Below, in pieces: positions 39,314 through 56,546 of a stretch of 64,000 nucleotides of DNA. The stretch spans positions 7,976 through 71,975 of the forward strand of contig ADNK01002821.1 in NCBI GenBank assembly GCA_000320545.1, given 5' to 3'. The translations under genes and the position numbers were made by a program. Below the pieces are notes generated by a model. It was given only the letters and a program-made list of their open reading frames with translations. It was not told the DNA's origin and ran no database searches. Each line of letters begins with the position of its first letter. Within the stretch, counting starts at the first letter, position 1. Origin of the DNA: Bigelowiella natans CCMP2755. Lineage: Eukaryota; Protista; Cercozoa.

Positions 39314-39957
39314 ATGAATAACATGCAATCCTTGACGCAAGGTCGGAAAATAATATGTAGCATAAAATCGTATTTATAAGGAATATGCTGTACGCTCGTT
39401 TCGAATATCTAGAGTGACAACCAATCTTGCGCCTTAAACGGTGCCGTCAGTTCTTCACCGACACCTACTAAATTTCGCTCAGGGGCAAACATGTCCAAGA
39501 AGGAACAGAAAGAGTTCGAGCATATGGTTCAGGTGCCTTTTATGCATATATTTGGGTACTTTAAGAAACACTGATCGCATTCTATTCTACTCTAGGACAT
39601 GATGTTCTCGGAGATGCAAGAGATGTACATTGGGTAGTAGTCCAACAGAACATATTTATTTTTATCAATTGAAACAAGAATATAAACAAAGTTAATGATT
39701 TCAAATTACTATGTAGATGGATCGAAATTGAAGTATCATTGAGTTGAATGTGACTGGATACTCTTAGGTTTGTTGATCGGTGTTTTGGAAAATGCGTCAA
39801 CACCTTCCGCACACGCAAGTTGCTATCAACTGAGAAAGAGTGTATATCAAACTGCGTAGCTAAGAGTCTTGCACACATCAAACGAGTCCAATTAAGGTTC
39901 CAAGAGCAAAATCAGATGATGAACGCCCAAGCGCAGGCTGCGATGCAACCAAAATAA
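39314..39957 (+). CDS. TIM9: Mitochondrial intermembrane-space small Tim chaperone (twin CX3C), Tim9-like
   Basis: Spliced MNNMQSLTQG|ANMSKKEQKEFEHMVQ|DMMFSEMQEMYIG|FVDRCFGKCVNTFRTRKLLSTEKECISNCVAKSLAHIKRVQLRFQEQNQ. Twin CX3C motifs and an RVxxRFxExNQ tail. Not in the ORF track. Confidence 0.88.
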
Positions 39958-40813
39958 AACGTTATTATAAGACGCTCTAACTTTGAAAAGAAATGCTAGG
40001 ATAAATCGCTTTAGTGTATGGATTACTAGGTTCACATTACTACATGCCAGTGAAAGTTGTTGTATTACATCATAAAGACAGCAGGTTGCGCACGTGCAAC
40101 AGGTGTAGACTAGCACAGGGGATGTAATGAATAAATAAAAATGTTCAATGGTCACCCTAACATGTGTAGCTGTATTGGTAGAATACCTATATATGTCCTG
40201 ATGTAAATTAAATGTACGCAATACGTACGCGACTTACAAGAGTTTCGCATGCGAATCGTGTGCACGCTACGTGCATCGTCGCCTACCACGCATACATTCT
40301 GGCATGGCAAGTTGCTATATATGATCTAGTACGTGATGCTCGTCATCTATACTAGCTAGCTAGCAGGTCATTGATCTACTACCTACAATTGTTTGACATC
40401 TGAACTTGCGGTCGAATGATAGAGGTGCTTTAGTCTATAGTACTATAGCTGCTACATGCGGGGCCCCTCCACTACTGAAGGTTGCAAAAAGCTAGCAGAC
40501 CCACGTACCACAGCATATGGCATCATGTAGCATGGCAACGCATCGCATGCAGCTCTGTTCTGTGCACATCTGGTACATCTAGCGGCAGTAAGTGCACAAT
40601 TAGTTGCAAATCATACTTGTATATAGTAGCTGCCGAGTAGCGACGTAACTAAACACGTAATATTTTGTAAATACTACTATTTTATGCTCGTGTACATATG
40701 TGACATGCTACTGCGAGATTGGATCAGAAAGATTCGTTCATAATTAAAAGCGCTTATTGAAGATATGTGTGCATAGAAGTTAGATAAGTCTACTCATTAG
40801 AAGTAAGATAAGT

Positions 40814-41711
40814 CTACTCATTCTGATAACTTGGACCAGTCTCATCTGCTACATCTTTTTTATCATCGCGTATCTCGCTGAAACCGCCTTTGGAGGGGAC
40901 AAATGAACCCCTAATTATCATACCGACCAAACCCTTATTCACCATACACGCATTTGATACTGCGAATCTGAATAAATAGAAACGTTTTTACCCGCTTGTT
41001 TCCTCGTAGATCATAAACATCACACCGAGTGCTCCCATTTTTGCAAAAAGATTGATTATCATCATGCTGAAAAAAATATTAGTGAGGGCGATAGAATTCC
41101 AAATCTCCAAAGAGCTGACCTCATTCCAAATGCCACTTCGTGACCAGCACTGCTCCAATCACTTCCGTGTAGACACAACATAATAATATCGGCGATAATG
41201 GAACCACCATGTATACCACCTACGACAACTACTTCCTCCGAGTTGCGAGTGTACATGTAGGTGAATAGGGCGATTGCCACGTTAGCCCCAAGTGGCTGAA
41301 TAATTATATCATAAAATTTAGTCACGGGAAGGTTCACATAAACACGTTCAATCTTTGCAATATGATAGTCGCTTTATTCTATATTTTGCTCTTAATTGCA
41401 ATACTTATCCTTCGCAATGTTAGCCCTCACCATAACGTCATCATCACAACTTTCCGATAATAACAACTAATTATTTCATAAATTAGTCACCACTCCTATA
41501 TTTCCCAGAAGGCATAGACCAATCTGCAGAAGAGCTATTGCCTCCAGTCGCGTATGCCATATGTGCAGCATGTTGGGTAGGGTAGGGGGACCAAATTCTC
41601 TAGTTTGGAAATTAGACCCGTTCTTGAGAGGTATCTGTATCAAATAACCTGCATTTTTCTCTTGCGTCAATACCTCAATTTCAATGTGTCTTTGGCGCGT
41701 GGGCGTGACAT
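40814..41711 (-). CDS. Small multi-pass membrane protein, AGTRAP-like
   Basis: ANVAIALFTYMYTRNSEEVVVVGGIHGGSIIADIIMLCLHG..FGMS|MMIINLFAKMGALGVMFMIYEETSG resembles the N..D..FG..I.L..K..Y.E..G pattern of the AGTRAP family. Start approximate. Confidence 0.5.
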
Positions 41712-41857
41712 CTCTTTCGATGAAATTACACTTAGAATGCACTCAAATCATTTGACGTAAGGTTAAAATATAATGGTTTCTCCTCCTCTCTGGCAGTTAT
41801 GTCGCATGGCAGGATTGACCGAGGCACATAATGATTTTGGATTGGTGCAAATTTTGT

Positions 41858-42137
41858 GCGGGAATACTTGGCGCCAAGATGCGATTGATGGATTTTCGCG
41901 GGAGAGATTTTTGGTCAAGTCGAAATTATTAAATAAATCTTATTAAATTTATTATTACGACAATATAATTAAGTTGTCGGATGTTAAGATATATGACACA
42001 TGAAATGCGCGGGAAACAAATGGAGTTGGATAAGGGGCGTTAGATGATATTTTACGAGAAATAAAGAGATTTTTGGTACAAATTCTCCATCATTTTTGCC
42101 TCTTTTATCTTCCCGGTAACTTCGGTTCTGGCGGGAA
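41858..42137. promoter_or_regulatory. Cluster of E2F-like sites upstream of MCM6
   Basis: GCGGGAA 41858, TTGGCGCCAA 41868-41877, TTTTCGCGGGA 41893, GCGCGGGAAA 42007-42016 (reverse TTTCCCGCGC), GGCGGGAA 42130. Confidence 0.6.
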
Positions 42138-42569
42138 CAGAATAGTTGAGCAAAAACATTTGTGATTCGTACATTGAGAACGCAATAATTGGAAAGAATA
42201 TGCCATTATATGGCTATATTCCTTGTCGCATATGACAAATATATTTGATTTTCTATATGTTTTAAATCACATTAAATTTCATTTATCTGAAGACTGTCCC
42301 TCAACACACCAAAGCCCTAAGGACTGCTTCCCCTCTCACTCCCGCACCAAGGTCTTGATATCTTTAGAATACTAACCACAAAATAGAGCAGGCGGGGCGA
42401 ATATCTACACAGTTATTGAAATCTGCATGAAGAAATTGCGAAGTATGAACTCGAGCCAATACTTAACGCGTTGTGTGTTATGTACACTTCTTTTTCTTCT
42501 TCACCAGGGGTATCTATAGTACAAAGACGGATACAACGAACAATTATTAAACCCTGAACTATAACGGAA

Positions 42570-46747
<4,178 letters not shown>

Positions 46748-47800
46748 AAGAAACAGAGTTAAATCCGGAGAACTTGCAGTGAAAATTGCAATTGAGTGAA
46801 AATCATAAACGATAATAATACCCACCACGGTACAGTACCGCGTGTGTTTGTGTGTGTTTGTGTGCGTGTCGATCACAATCGAACTTACCGGCTATTTTAG
46901 AAAGATGTTCATAATAACGAGTGCAAGCAGTGTGTAAGAGACACATGCGTGCATGTGCGTGTCGTGCAAATCTCTGGCCGCCACAATGATCATCACATGC
47001 TACATGCAGTACGCTAGCAGCACGGCTAGCTACACGGCGCGGCGGGCTAGCGGGTCTGCGGCGAACCTGACCTAATATAAATGCTGCTAAAGCATGCAGC
47101 ATGTACAGTACGTGATGATGTTCAGTGCATACGCGCATGCACACAGCTCCGCCACGCATGATCGATAGCATGCATGTATATACGTCGCAAACATGTGCAT
47201 GCATGCATACGTATATATGAGACGGATGTAATGAAGAATTAAATTTTTTCAATGGTCATCCTGATGTAGCTGCATATGTGCAATGCATACGTATATATGC
47301 ATATATAAATCGGCTAACCTAGGCGGAATGTACGATTTCCTCAGTGGACAATGTATGCATAGCAGTGCTGACTCTCTAACTTGCTGCTCTTCATACGCGT
47401 ACAATCTCCGCTAGCCTGCTCTATCATCTCTACTATGTCGTGCACGTAGCTACATACAGGTGTGTAGGCCACATCGTAGCCATGCGTGGCGGCAATTTTG
47501 TATGGCTCGTTTGATCGGACGTGCCGACATGTCATGCATGCAGAACATAGCGTTTAGCGTGCAGGCTTGGCATCGCTGTACATACGGGAATTCCAACGCG
47601 ATGATCAGGATCCGCACCTTGGCGGAACGAAAATAAAATGACTGATGACTCAACGTATGGAGCTACATGTTTCCATCATCATATCACACATGCCGACAAC
47701 CAATTGAGTACTTGCTACAGGCATACCCTCGGTTTGTGATTTTATATGTCAATGGCCATGAGGTTATAACACTCGCGCCGTCCTTAGATCCCGCCATGTT

Positions 47801-47969
47801 TTAACGAAACTTGGTCTCGTCGACGACACCTTCTGGCCACTTTCTCATTGTAGCATTGCCAACCTGTAAAGCGCCGCGTAGAATGAATGAGCGACAAACA
47901 TACGTGCGCGTGGTGGTCATTAAGAGTCGCGACCGACGGTAAACTTTTATTCTCTCTCTCTCTCTCTCA

Positions 47970-48040
<71 letters not shown>

Positions 48041-48421
48041 TACAATATCTATATATTATGTAACGTACATACTTACATACACCAAGAGGCCATTACCATG
48101 ATATCCACGGTTTTCTTCAGCCTCCAGAACACATTGTGTTTCACGTAAGGCACGCCGTATTTCTTGCAGATAGCTTCACACTCAGGCTGCGCTTTCTGAT
48201 AAGAGCGCATGGAGAGGTGTGGCCATGCATGGTGCTCAATCTGGTAGTTCAGCCATCCGTGCCATAGATCGACCTGTCGAGAGAGGGGGGGGGGGAGGGG
48301 CGGGGGGCGGAGAAAGGTTTTTAGCAAATAGAACGCTTGAGCAACGTGTATGAAGAGAGAAGATAGTTGTTTTGAGCTGAATACTCGAGTAACACTCGAC
48401 TAGGTAAATGTATTTTCTCGA

Positions 48422-48490
<69 letters not shown>

Positions 48491-49124
48491 AGAGTGTTCT
48501 TTTCAGTACAAAATCTGTGCCGGAGGAGAAGTTGGCAGAGCTCACGACAGCACGGAGGAAGAAGGTTGCAGTGTTAGCACGGCACCCGGTCTTGAATCTG
48601 TAAAGGTCATCTCCTGCGAAAGATAGGTCAAGCAACAATAAAGACGGCGGACGGCGCTGGGAAGCAGGGGCAATCGTACGTACCTGCATGGTTGGTGACG
48701 ATGGCGATGAACGCGTGGATGTTCGTCACGATATCCGCAAGGACCTACATGCCAACCAGGGAATGACGACGAGTGAGAACGAATGCCGGTAAAGGAAAAC
48801 TGAGTGTCATCTCTAGCAGAGAAGGAGAGGGGGGGAGAGGGGGAGGGGGAGGCCTGTTTCTACCAGGTTGATGAGAGCATATTTGTAGCGCTGGGCTCCG
48901 AAGAGGAGGTAGATCGGTAGCGGCATGAGGATGAAGTTGTACACCAACTGATGATGGCGACAACGATGATGATAATGAAGAAGAAGGGGGGAGGGGAACG
49001 AGGAGATTGAGATCAGAATGTCTGCATCGAGCAGGGAGTGGGCTTTACTACTTGATACACGTAAATCTACTACTAGATTAGTCTCCTCATCGGAAACACA
49101 TCTACTCCAACTAAAAGCTTTGTC

Positions 49125-49155
<31 letters not shown>

Positions 49156-49512
49156 TCTCTCCCTAAAGTAATACCATGGGGCCGACGATGCGGAGCACGA
49201 ATTCGGAAGCTGTAACCCATGGAATTCTCCCAGTGAAAAGGGCTTTGACAGTGAGAATGTCCTCCTGTTGGGCCTCAATCTGCTTTGTCATCTTGCCGTC
49301 GCGGCGGAGCTCAGCGAATTTCAGCTGCTTGTATCTACGACAGTGAGCGTAAGCAAGGAGGATGAAGGGAGGGGGAGGGAGAGTGCGTGAGTTATTTTGG
49401 ATGTACTCTCTTTTTGGCCAGCGCCTATTAATTAGGTACTTCAACATTGATCGCAGTCTCTCCGTCTTCCCCTTCCCCCGCCCACACACGCACACACACA
49501 CGCACACACACA

Positions 49513-49551
<39 letters not shown>

Positions 49552-49933
49552 TCTCTATCTGCATGCAGTGAATGAGTGAGTGAGTGAGTGTGTGTGTGTA
49601 TGTGCAAAGAAAATACGTGTTGGGGGCATAGTAGAACCACTTCCAGGTCATCATGAAGAATCCGACAGTCTAAGAGCAATTAGCAGTGGTAGTAGTGAGA
49701 GTTTGCTGCGGCGAGGAGAGCAGCGCGACGGGTGAATATGGCGTCATCATCATAGAGAGCGGCGGAGGGCTTTGCTCCTTACTTACCGCGTACTTAATCA
49801 AGAGAGGCGTGTCGGATTCACGAAGATCTGACAGGTTGCGCTCCACCAGGTCAGGATCCGCCTGGCGAGGATGGATGCATGGATGGGAGGGGGGGAGGGT
49901 GACAACAACGACAATCATCAAGGTGGTCGACAG

Positions 49934-49967
<34 letters not shown>

Positions 49968-51424
49968 AATGATGATAATTACTGCGGTGATACAGATGAT
50001 TAAGACCAATCTTGAACCCAGGTCACAATCTCCATCTCATCTCCCACACTCCCTCCCCCCCTTCACCCCCCTGACAGTGTCTCACGTGGTTTTTCAATTG
50101 GTATATCTTACGTCCTCTCCTAGCTTGTAGTGGTGCGTACGGTTATGTTCCATGTCCCAGGCCTGAGGAAGGGGAAGAGAGATGCAGGTGGAAGGGGGGG
50201 GGGGGGTTGTTAAGAAAGGCGGCTTTGATAATCACCTCCTTTTCCACACATCCGCACTCGGTATCATTATCATCAACTAACACGAAGAAGGACCTCAGGC
50301 AGCATGTAGTCCATCCAGTCGATGGTGCGTCTGTACAGCGTCCCCCACGCAAACTTAAACCTGCACACAAACACGCCCCCGGAATCACTGAATGACGCAA
50401 AACACACAAGCGCGCGCACACGACAGACGCACCACTACTGCACTTCGACTACAACACGTACAACACGCATTATAGTAGAGAAAGGCAAGGGTTGTTGAAG
50501 CAGCTGGGGAATTTTGGAGGTCATGTAGCATATTCTTGAGTCGTAGAGGTGATATTTACCGCTTGTAGGTGCTAGGACCGCCAACAGCTTTCGCAGTTTT
50601 GACGTTCTCATAGCCTCCGTGGCAGGTGTGGTGGCCGATCATGGTCCTGTGTGTGCAGATGATGGGTTTAGGCCCGGAGGAGGAGGAGTGTAAGTGTACA
50701 CATGCTTCTGTGGAAAGACAGACGTGTGCAAAGGATGTGTGTGTGTGTGATGAGCCAATTTTGTTTTTCCTAACTTCCTACGCTCCTGGAAAATCTCCCT
50801 TCGCAGATGCGTACATTTATGGGCAAAATGCCGATAATACTCACCATCTCATGAAGATTCCAAGACTGAGCATCATCACCGTGAAAGGGTTGGGATACAT
50901 CCAAAGGGTGGTCAAGCCCAGCAGAGTGAATGCGCGGCTCCAGTTGACCATCTTAGCCAGATGTGCAGCATCTTCCACTCCTAAGAGGAGATTCGGGAGA
51001 AAAGTCACAGAGTCAGAAAATCAAGATTGTATTGAAGTTGATATATCGTTAATATGGATGTGGTGGTGGATGGAGTGCTTGCAATCATTGATATCATCAT
51101 CTTCTTCCTGACCCTGCTGCTTGTAGAGGCGGTCTCCAAGCTCCTTCATTTCCTTTCCAAACCCATCCAAGTCTAGTTTCTGCACGTACATCCGAATGAA
51201 TGACTAGAGTAATATCACGTCTCTCCAATGTCCAGTTCTCCTTCTCCTTTTATTTTTTGGTGGAATCTAACTCTGAATCGATCTGACTCCCATCCCCATC
51301 TTCCCCACATCGTTAACGGATAAATGGTGTGGGTGGTTTTAATTTCGATGAAGGGAAAAGGGAAGGAAACAACCTGGATCCATAGATCTTGCTTTGCAAG
51401 CTTCTGATTTTGAGGTTTGCACAT
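47801..51424 (-). CDS. Membrane fatty acid desaturase (no cytochrome b5 domain), ~13 exons
   Basis: Histidine boxes GHHTCHGGY (~50610-50640), WDMEHNRTHHYKLGED (~50110-50160), WLNYQIEHHAWP (~48220-48255). Also DPDLVERNL and TWKWFYYAPNT. First coding exon MCKPQNQKLAKQDLWIQ|KLDLDGFGKE. Confidence 0.9.
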
Positions 51425-51457
51425 GATCGATCCCGCAAGTACAAGCTGCTATAATCT

Positions 51458-51502
<45 letters not shown>

Positions 51503-52586
51503 AAGAGCAGCAGCAGCAGCAGCAGCAGCACACCAACAACATATCATCACACTTTCGTCAGTGAAAATGTTTTGATTGTGCAAGCTATGGCTCAACACTC
51601 AAACTGTTCGCATTTTAGCCCTGCAAGGAAGTCTCTTTCTTTGGGACATAATGCATGGAAGATGACGTGACGTGCGAAAAACCGGGGACGGAATGCAACA
51701 TAGCATTTTCGTTATGCCAAAATCTGTTTTATCATGCCTCAGCGACAGAAGTTCTCATTTGCGAAATCAGCATGGCCGACAAGTTCTAGGGTTTGGCAAG
51801 CAGGCAGCCATGTGGGGAATAAGTCTCTTTGCGACGGAAGGAAGGCGGGATTTTCACAATGTTGAAGTTAACCAACAGCTACACTTCTACCAAAGCTGCA
51901 GCCCTACTTATAACGGAGTACTTTACCTCGGACGGCAAGAGGCGGAGAGCAACGTGGAATGGGTGTCAGCCAGATGAGATGATGCCTGCAGCGGTGACAA
52001 TCGTTCCAGTGCGTGGATCTCGGCCGAGAAAGTCACAATCGGTCCATGATGTAAGGCATTTTATACAAAAGACATCACCATTCTTATGTCTTATTTATGT
52101 AAGGCCAAATTACAGCCACGTAGTACTACATCTCTTGAAGCTGACAACGAACTTGAGGGAAATGTGCCGCATGATTTTTCCTAACGTCTTATTTCGTTTC
52201 AAGTCGCAGGGAGAAGAATCGGGCTGTTTATCTTTTCTGAGAAGAAAATCGCGACCGGGCACAAGCCACACGATCCGGCTGTGGCTTGAAATCCGTCATT
52301 GCTTGTCACATGGAAACAAAGGCCTTCCTTTTCCAGATTCGACAAGATATTTAGGGTTAGTGTTCGACAATACGATGCTCGATGGATTTCAGGATTTCAC
52401 TCGAAAAACATCTGAATTTTTTTGGTTGGTTTCAATCCCTGAGACAACCAGAAGAACTCGCAGAGTTCCTTCGATCTAGCCGGCAGGGTAACAACGGGTA
52501 TTTTCTGTGTTTTGATGACAATATAACATGTCGCATATCGTATATCACCTGATATATTCGTATATCTTTTTCCTAAATATCCTCAG

Positions 52587-53731
52587 ACCCCAGCACAGTT
52601 GCCCCTTCCACCGGCGTTAGCCGTCTGTTGTTCATGCGTTAAGAAGGGGTTAGGAAGTCGATGGAAGTCTAATTGGAGTCTCGGGGAATTTTCCGAAGTG
52701 GTACAGAAAGCTCCGAGAGCTTGTGCGGAAGCATGCCTGCATGAGCCACATCCGCAATTCTCCAGTGAGAATCGCGAATTATGATATAACCCGATGACTG
52801 CTGGCAGGTGGAAAGCAAGATGGACAAAAAGAAGTATGCTGTTTCCGCTGTGCCGGAGTTGTATTTCTTCTGGCGATTAGCTACCTCCACTGCTTTCACA
52901 TTCATTGGCTTTCGAGGGATGTACAAAGGTGAGATAGCCTAAGTAATGCGGTCCAAATCCTTACTGCCTCGGCAGTTTGATTTTCCATGCAATCTCGACT
53001 GATTCCCTGTTATATTTAGCATATGAACCCGTTCTTCAATCAAAATGGTCTGGACGGGATTCCATGCTTCATCAGCGACAATCTTTTATCCCAGCTATGA
53101 ACTGGCGTGTGGATATTCCCAAAGCTCATCTTGGCGATTATACAACAGACGATTTCATGCTGTTCTTCCTTGCAATACTATTTCTTGATATAGTGTTGCA
53201 CAAGGCTTTCTACAAGGCTACTGTGCCTTTCTCGCTCCTGATTCACCACATTATCGCTGCTGGAATTGTTGTAACACTTCGGTTTCTCAACTACGGGTTG
53301 AGTTAACATAAGTTTAAAATTCAAATGTAAATGATAAATGTAAAAATTCGTTTTTCTCCGACTTAATTAGGTATGGATATATGTATATGACCTGGTCAAC
53401 AGAGTGCTATCCAGCGATCAGCAACTGGGAGCATTTAGGGCGGGCATTTGTTCTCAATAATTACGGAGACGAGAATCCGATGATCCTACGCCTTTATCAA
53501 TTTAAGGGCAGACTTACACATTTTTTCTGTTTGCTGACAATACTAATGATAAGAACTCCTATTTGGAGTTTCATCGTGTATAAAGGATGGACAAACCCAA
53601 AAGGATGGGTTTTCTGCAAGCTAGGAGGATTCTACGCCTTCTACCTAGATTTCAACTGGGCTCGGTATCATGTAAAGAGACTTAAGGAAAATAGGAATGA
53701 AAAAGAAGCCCAGAAACTTAAAGCTTCATAA
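52587..53731 (+). CDS. TLC (TRAM/LAG1/CLN8) domain membrane protein
   Basis: Exons ..YFFWRLATSTAFTFIGFRGMYK|..FLAILFLDIVLH..LLIHHIIAAG..|YGYMYMTWSTECYPAISNW..LMIRTPIW..FYLDFNW fit the D..HH..E..N..R..W pattern. 5' end uncertain. Confidence 0.65.
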
Positions 53732-54616
53732 TTAAAGAGGTATTGCAAATAGAATCATTCGCATGTGGAGATTTGGAGCCAACATTTGCATTTGCTGCGA
53801 TCATCCCATGCTTACTACCCGCGCTTTTAGCATACGGCCATGCACTGGCTATGACAGGCAGCGAGGCTATGCACATGTCCATTAAAACATAGAAAGTGCT
53901 TGATTAAACATAGAAAGTGCTTCATTAAAATATTAAAGAAAATCCTATTAATATCGTGGTGCAGCGCAGCTATCTAGCTATTATAATGCTTACCTGTACC
54001 CACGGCACGTATATGCAGCACGTATCTTGCTGCAATAAGCCCATCATGCATGGTCGATCTTGCACAATAGAGGACACAGTGATGATTACAATTGCATGAT
54101 ATATGTGTATATATACAAGTACGTGTATGTATGTATTGTAACATAATATTTCACCAAAAACTATTATACTATGCATATTATATACATTACGTTGTATATA
54201 CATATTATGCACGGCGGCACTGCCGGCAGCGGTAGCTATGCTAGTATCCATCAGGCCGTCATGCATGAACAAAATGCGATGCGAGTATATCACATAAAGG
54301 TAGCATGGACACACAGTTCTAAAAGCGCACCTCTACGATGAGCAGCACGTGTGCACCGCAAATGGCATGCCTGCAATACATACTGGCGAGAAATTGAAAG
54401 AGTGAATGCTATTCTACTTGTTTCCGGGGAGACAGCTAACTGCGGGCGCTACTGCGTCAGACATAATGCTTACATGTTAAAGGTATTTAGAAATAGAACA
54501 CACGACAAATGTAGTATTTTTTGCTGCCCTTGAAGATAACTGAAATAACAAAGAGGAACAGTGTACTACGGGAAACTCTGATTAATTGGGATATGTACGT
54601 TTCCGAACCTGGTGGT

Positions 54617-56353
54617 TTATTTTTTCTTGCCAGCCCTTCGCTTTCCACCTCCACTTTTAGAAGCTTTAATAACCTTTAATAAAATATTTTGTTCTATGAT
54701 GAATCCTTGTCTCGAACGAGAAATATTCAGCGAAAATTCGAAGTTGCGCCTATAGTTCTCTCTTATCCCCTTTCTCCCCACTTTCTTTTCTTTCTCAGTC
54801 TTTCATTATCCATTTTTTTTGCATAAGATATGCATGCCCATGAATAGACAGTTAAATGTTAGATAATATGATATATGCGAGTTTAGTTTTTACATAATTG
54901 TGCGCTATCCTGTGTCCTTGCTAGTGTAATAGCTAATATGTTGTGTATATGTGTACGTGTTTGCGGGAAAATGTTGGAGGGTACCCTCGTTTCGATATTG
55001 AGAATACTAGTCTCGGTTTCCGCCTTCTCATCGTATCCATAGTATTCACCTCACAAACAAATAATGTTTCTTAGGGAGCTTTGAAAAAAGATTGAAAGAA
55101 TAAATACCATCCTCAAAGTCGATGTCGTCAACACATTCTCCAGAGGGCGTCTCTGCCGTGAAACCCTCAGCGTGGACAATCCAATCTGTGATCTGCACGT
55201 TATCCCAGCGAAAAAGAATCAATGAATATACTCAATGCACATGAATAAATATCGTTCAGAAATGCTGATCATGGTCATGGTACAATCATCACTTATCTAA
55301 GGGCGCGCACCTCCAACCCACGACAGTCGAGATAGGCGTACGTCTTCCAGTCGGTCTTTTTTGGGGGGGGCAAATTAAATAAATGAATGAAAATGGCACA
55401 AGAGTCAGCAAATCAAACTGCTTAGATTCTAAAGATTGGTGTGCATCCTTTCTATTTAACATCTCTACATCTCTTACATCCTTCTGCTCGTAATCTGGAT
55501 ATTCTTTTCCTTCGAACTTTATGCTGGTGTAGAAAAATAAAAATAAATCCCATGCGAGTTGACATTTAAGAAGCTGAAAATCGCCGTGGCAAAATGGGCA
55601 GGGAACGGACGGGGCATTGGTTTTGCTTTGCTTACGTGGCATGCTGCTTCGATCCTTTCGGCTTGATAATAAGGTTGACCTAATACGGACAATAGCATGA
55701 GGAAAAGAAAGGAACGAGATGCCTATGGATCATGATCATCTAGAAATTTCTCCAGACGGAAACAGGCCTCCTGACACTCTCCGGAAATACGGACAAAAAC
55801 AACTTGCCCTCCCTCGGGGGAAAATCATCGGTGGAATGAAGGTATTGATAAATTTGGACAAAGAATTTTTACAACATCTTTGTATACCGTTCCTTTAGAA
55901 CCTGGAACGTCCACCTCCTGATGATTCAATGTTTGAGAACACGGGACAGTTTACGTTAAAATAGAATCTAAACGATGAAGTGGTGCAACTCTAGACACCT
56001 CTTTTCGATCAACCCAGATGTTCTCGTGCACGTCCCCATTTGGGAAGCGGACCTGAGGTGCAACTTGGTCAACGAATATACTACATACCGCCATCAACAA
56101 CGCATGGTAACAGGGATGTATCGTGTCGCTAGCTCGGGAACGACACCTTCACATTGAGCCTAGTTGTTGCATCCAGCTTCAGGGAGGCCAAGCCGTTAAG
56201 TTCACATTTCAGCTGCAGTTCCAAAACCGGCTGAGAACATAAACATTGGTACAACTGTTAACCGTTCCAGTTTCATAGTCGATGCGATTGCTCCCTCCCT
56301 TCGGAACCGAAAGAAACCCCTCTACAACCCCCGGAAGCCCCTTCTCGCACCAT
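54617..56353 (-). CDS. DUF866/UPF0587 (CZIB/C1orf123-like) protein lacking the CXXC motifs
   Basis: M|PVLELQLKCELNGLASLK..VK|VRFPNGDVHENIWVDRKE|EVDVPGSKGT|VNLIIKPKGSKQHAT|IKFEGKEYPDY..|ITDWIVHAEGFTAETPSGECVDDIDFED|GEYYGYDEKAETETSILNIETR follows the family layout. Confidence 0.8.
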
Positions 56354-56546
56354 TCCGAAATCTGACAACATTGTAAAAAAATCAGGGCATTTTTCATCTG
56401 CGTCATCGGAAAATCGTAGAACAAAAAAGGTAAACGCAGTGAGCTTGATTTAGAGGGCGTTTCATAACAGCGTCAGGACAATCTCGGAGTATGACCCCGT
56501 GGTAGGCAGATACGTGACCTGCCACCAACACCCCCACAGTTCGACC

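Noticed and set aside
40776-40822. Short tandem duplications (also 24981-25009, 53881-53930)
   Set aside because: Two-copy 13-23 bp slippage duplications with no further structure.
51829-52479. 216-aa + strand ORF
   Set aside because: Non-ATG start, no recognisable motifs, and it lies in the divergent promoter/5' region.
55589-55603. CPFC as the second CXXC of DUF866
   Set aside because: It lies downstream of a GTAAGC donor inside a predicted intron, and the spliced frame bypasses it.
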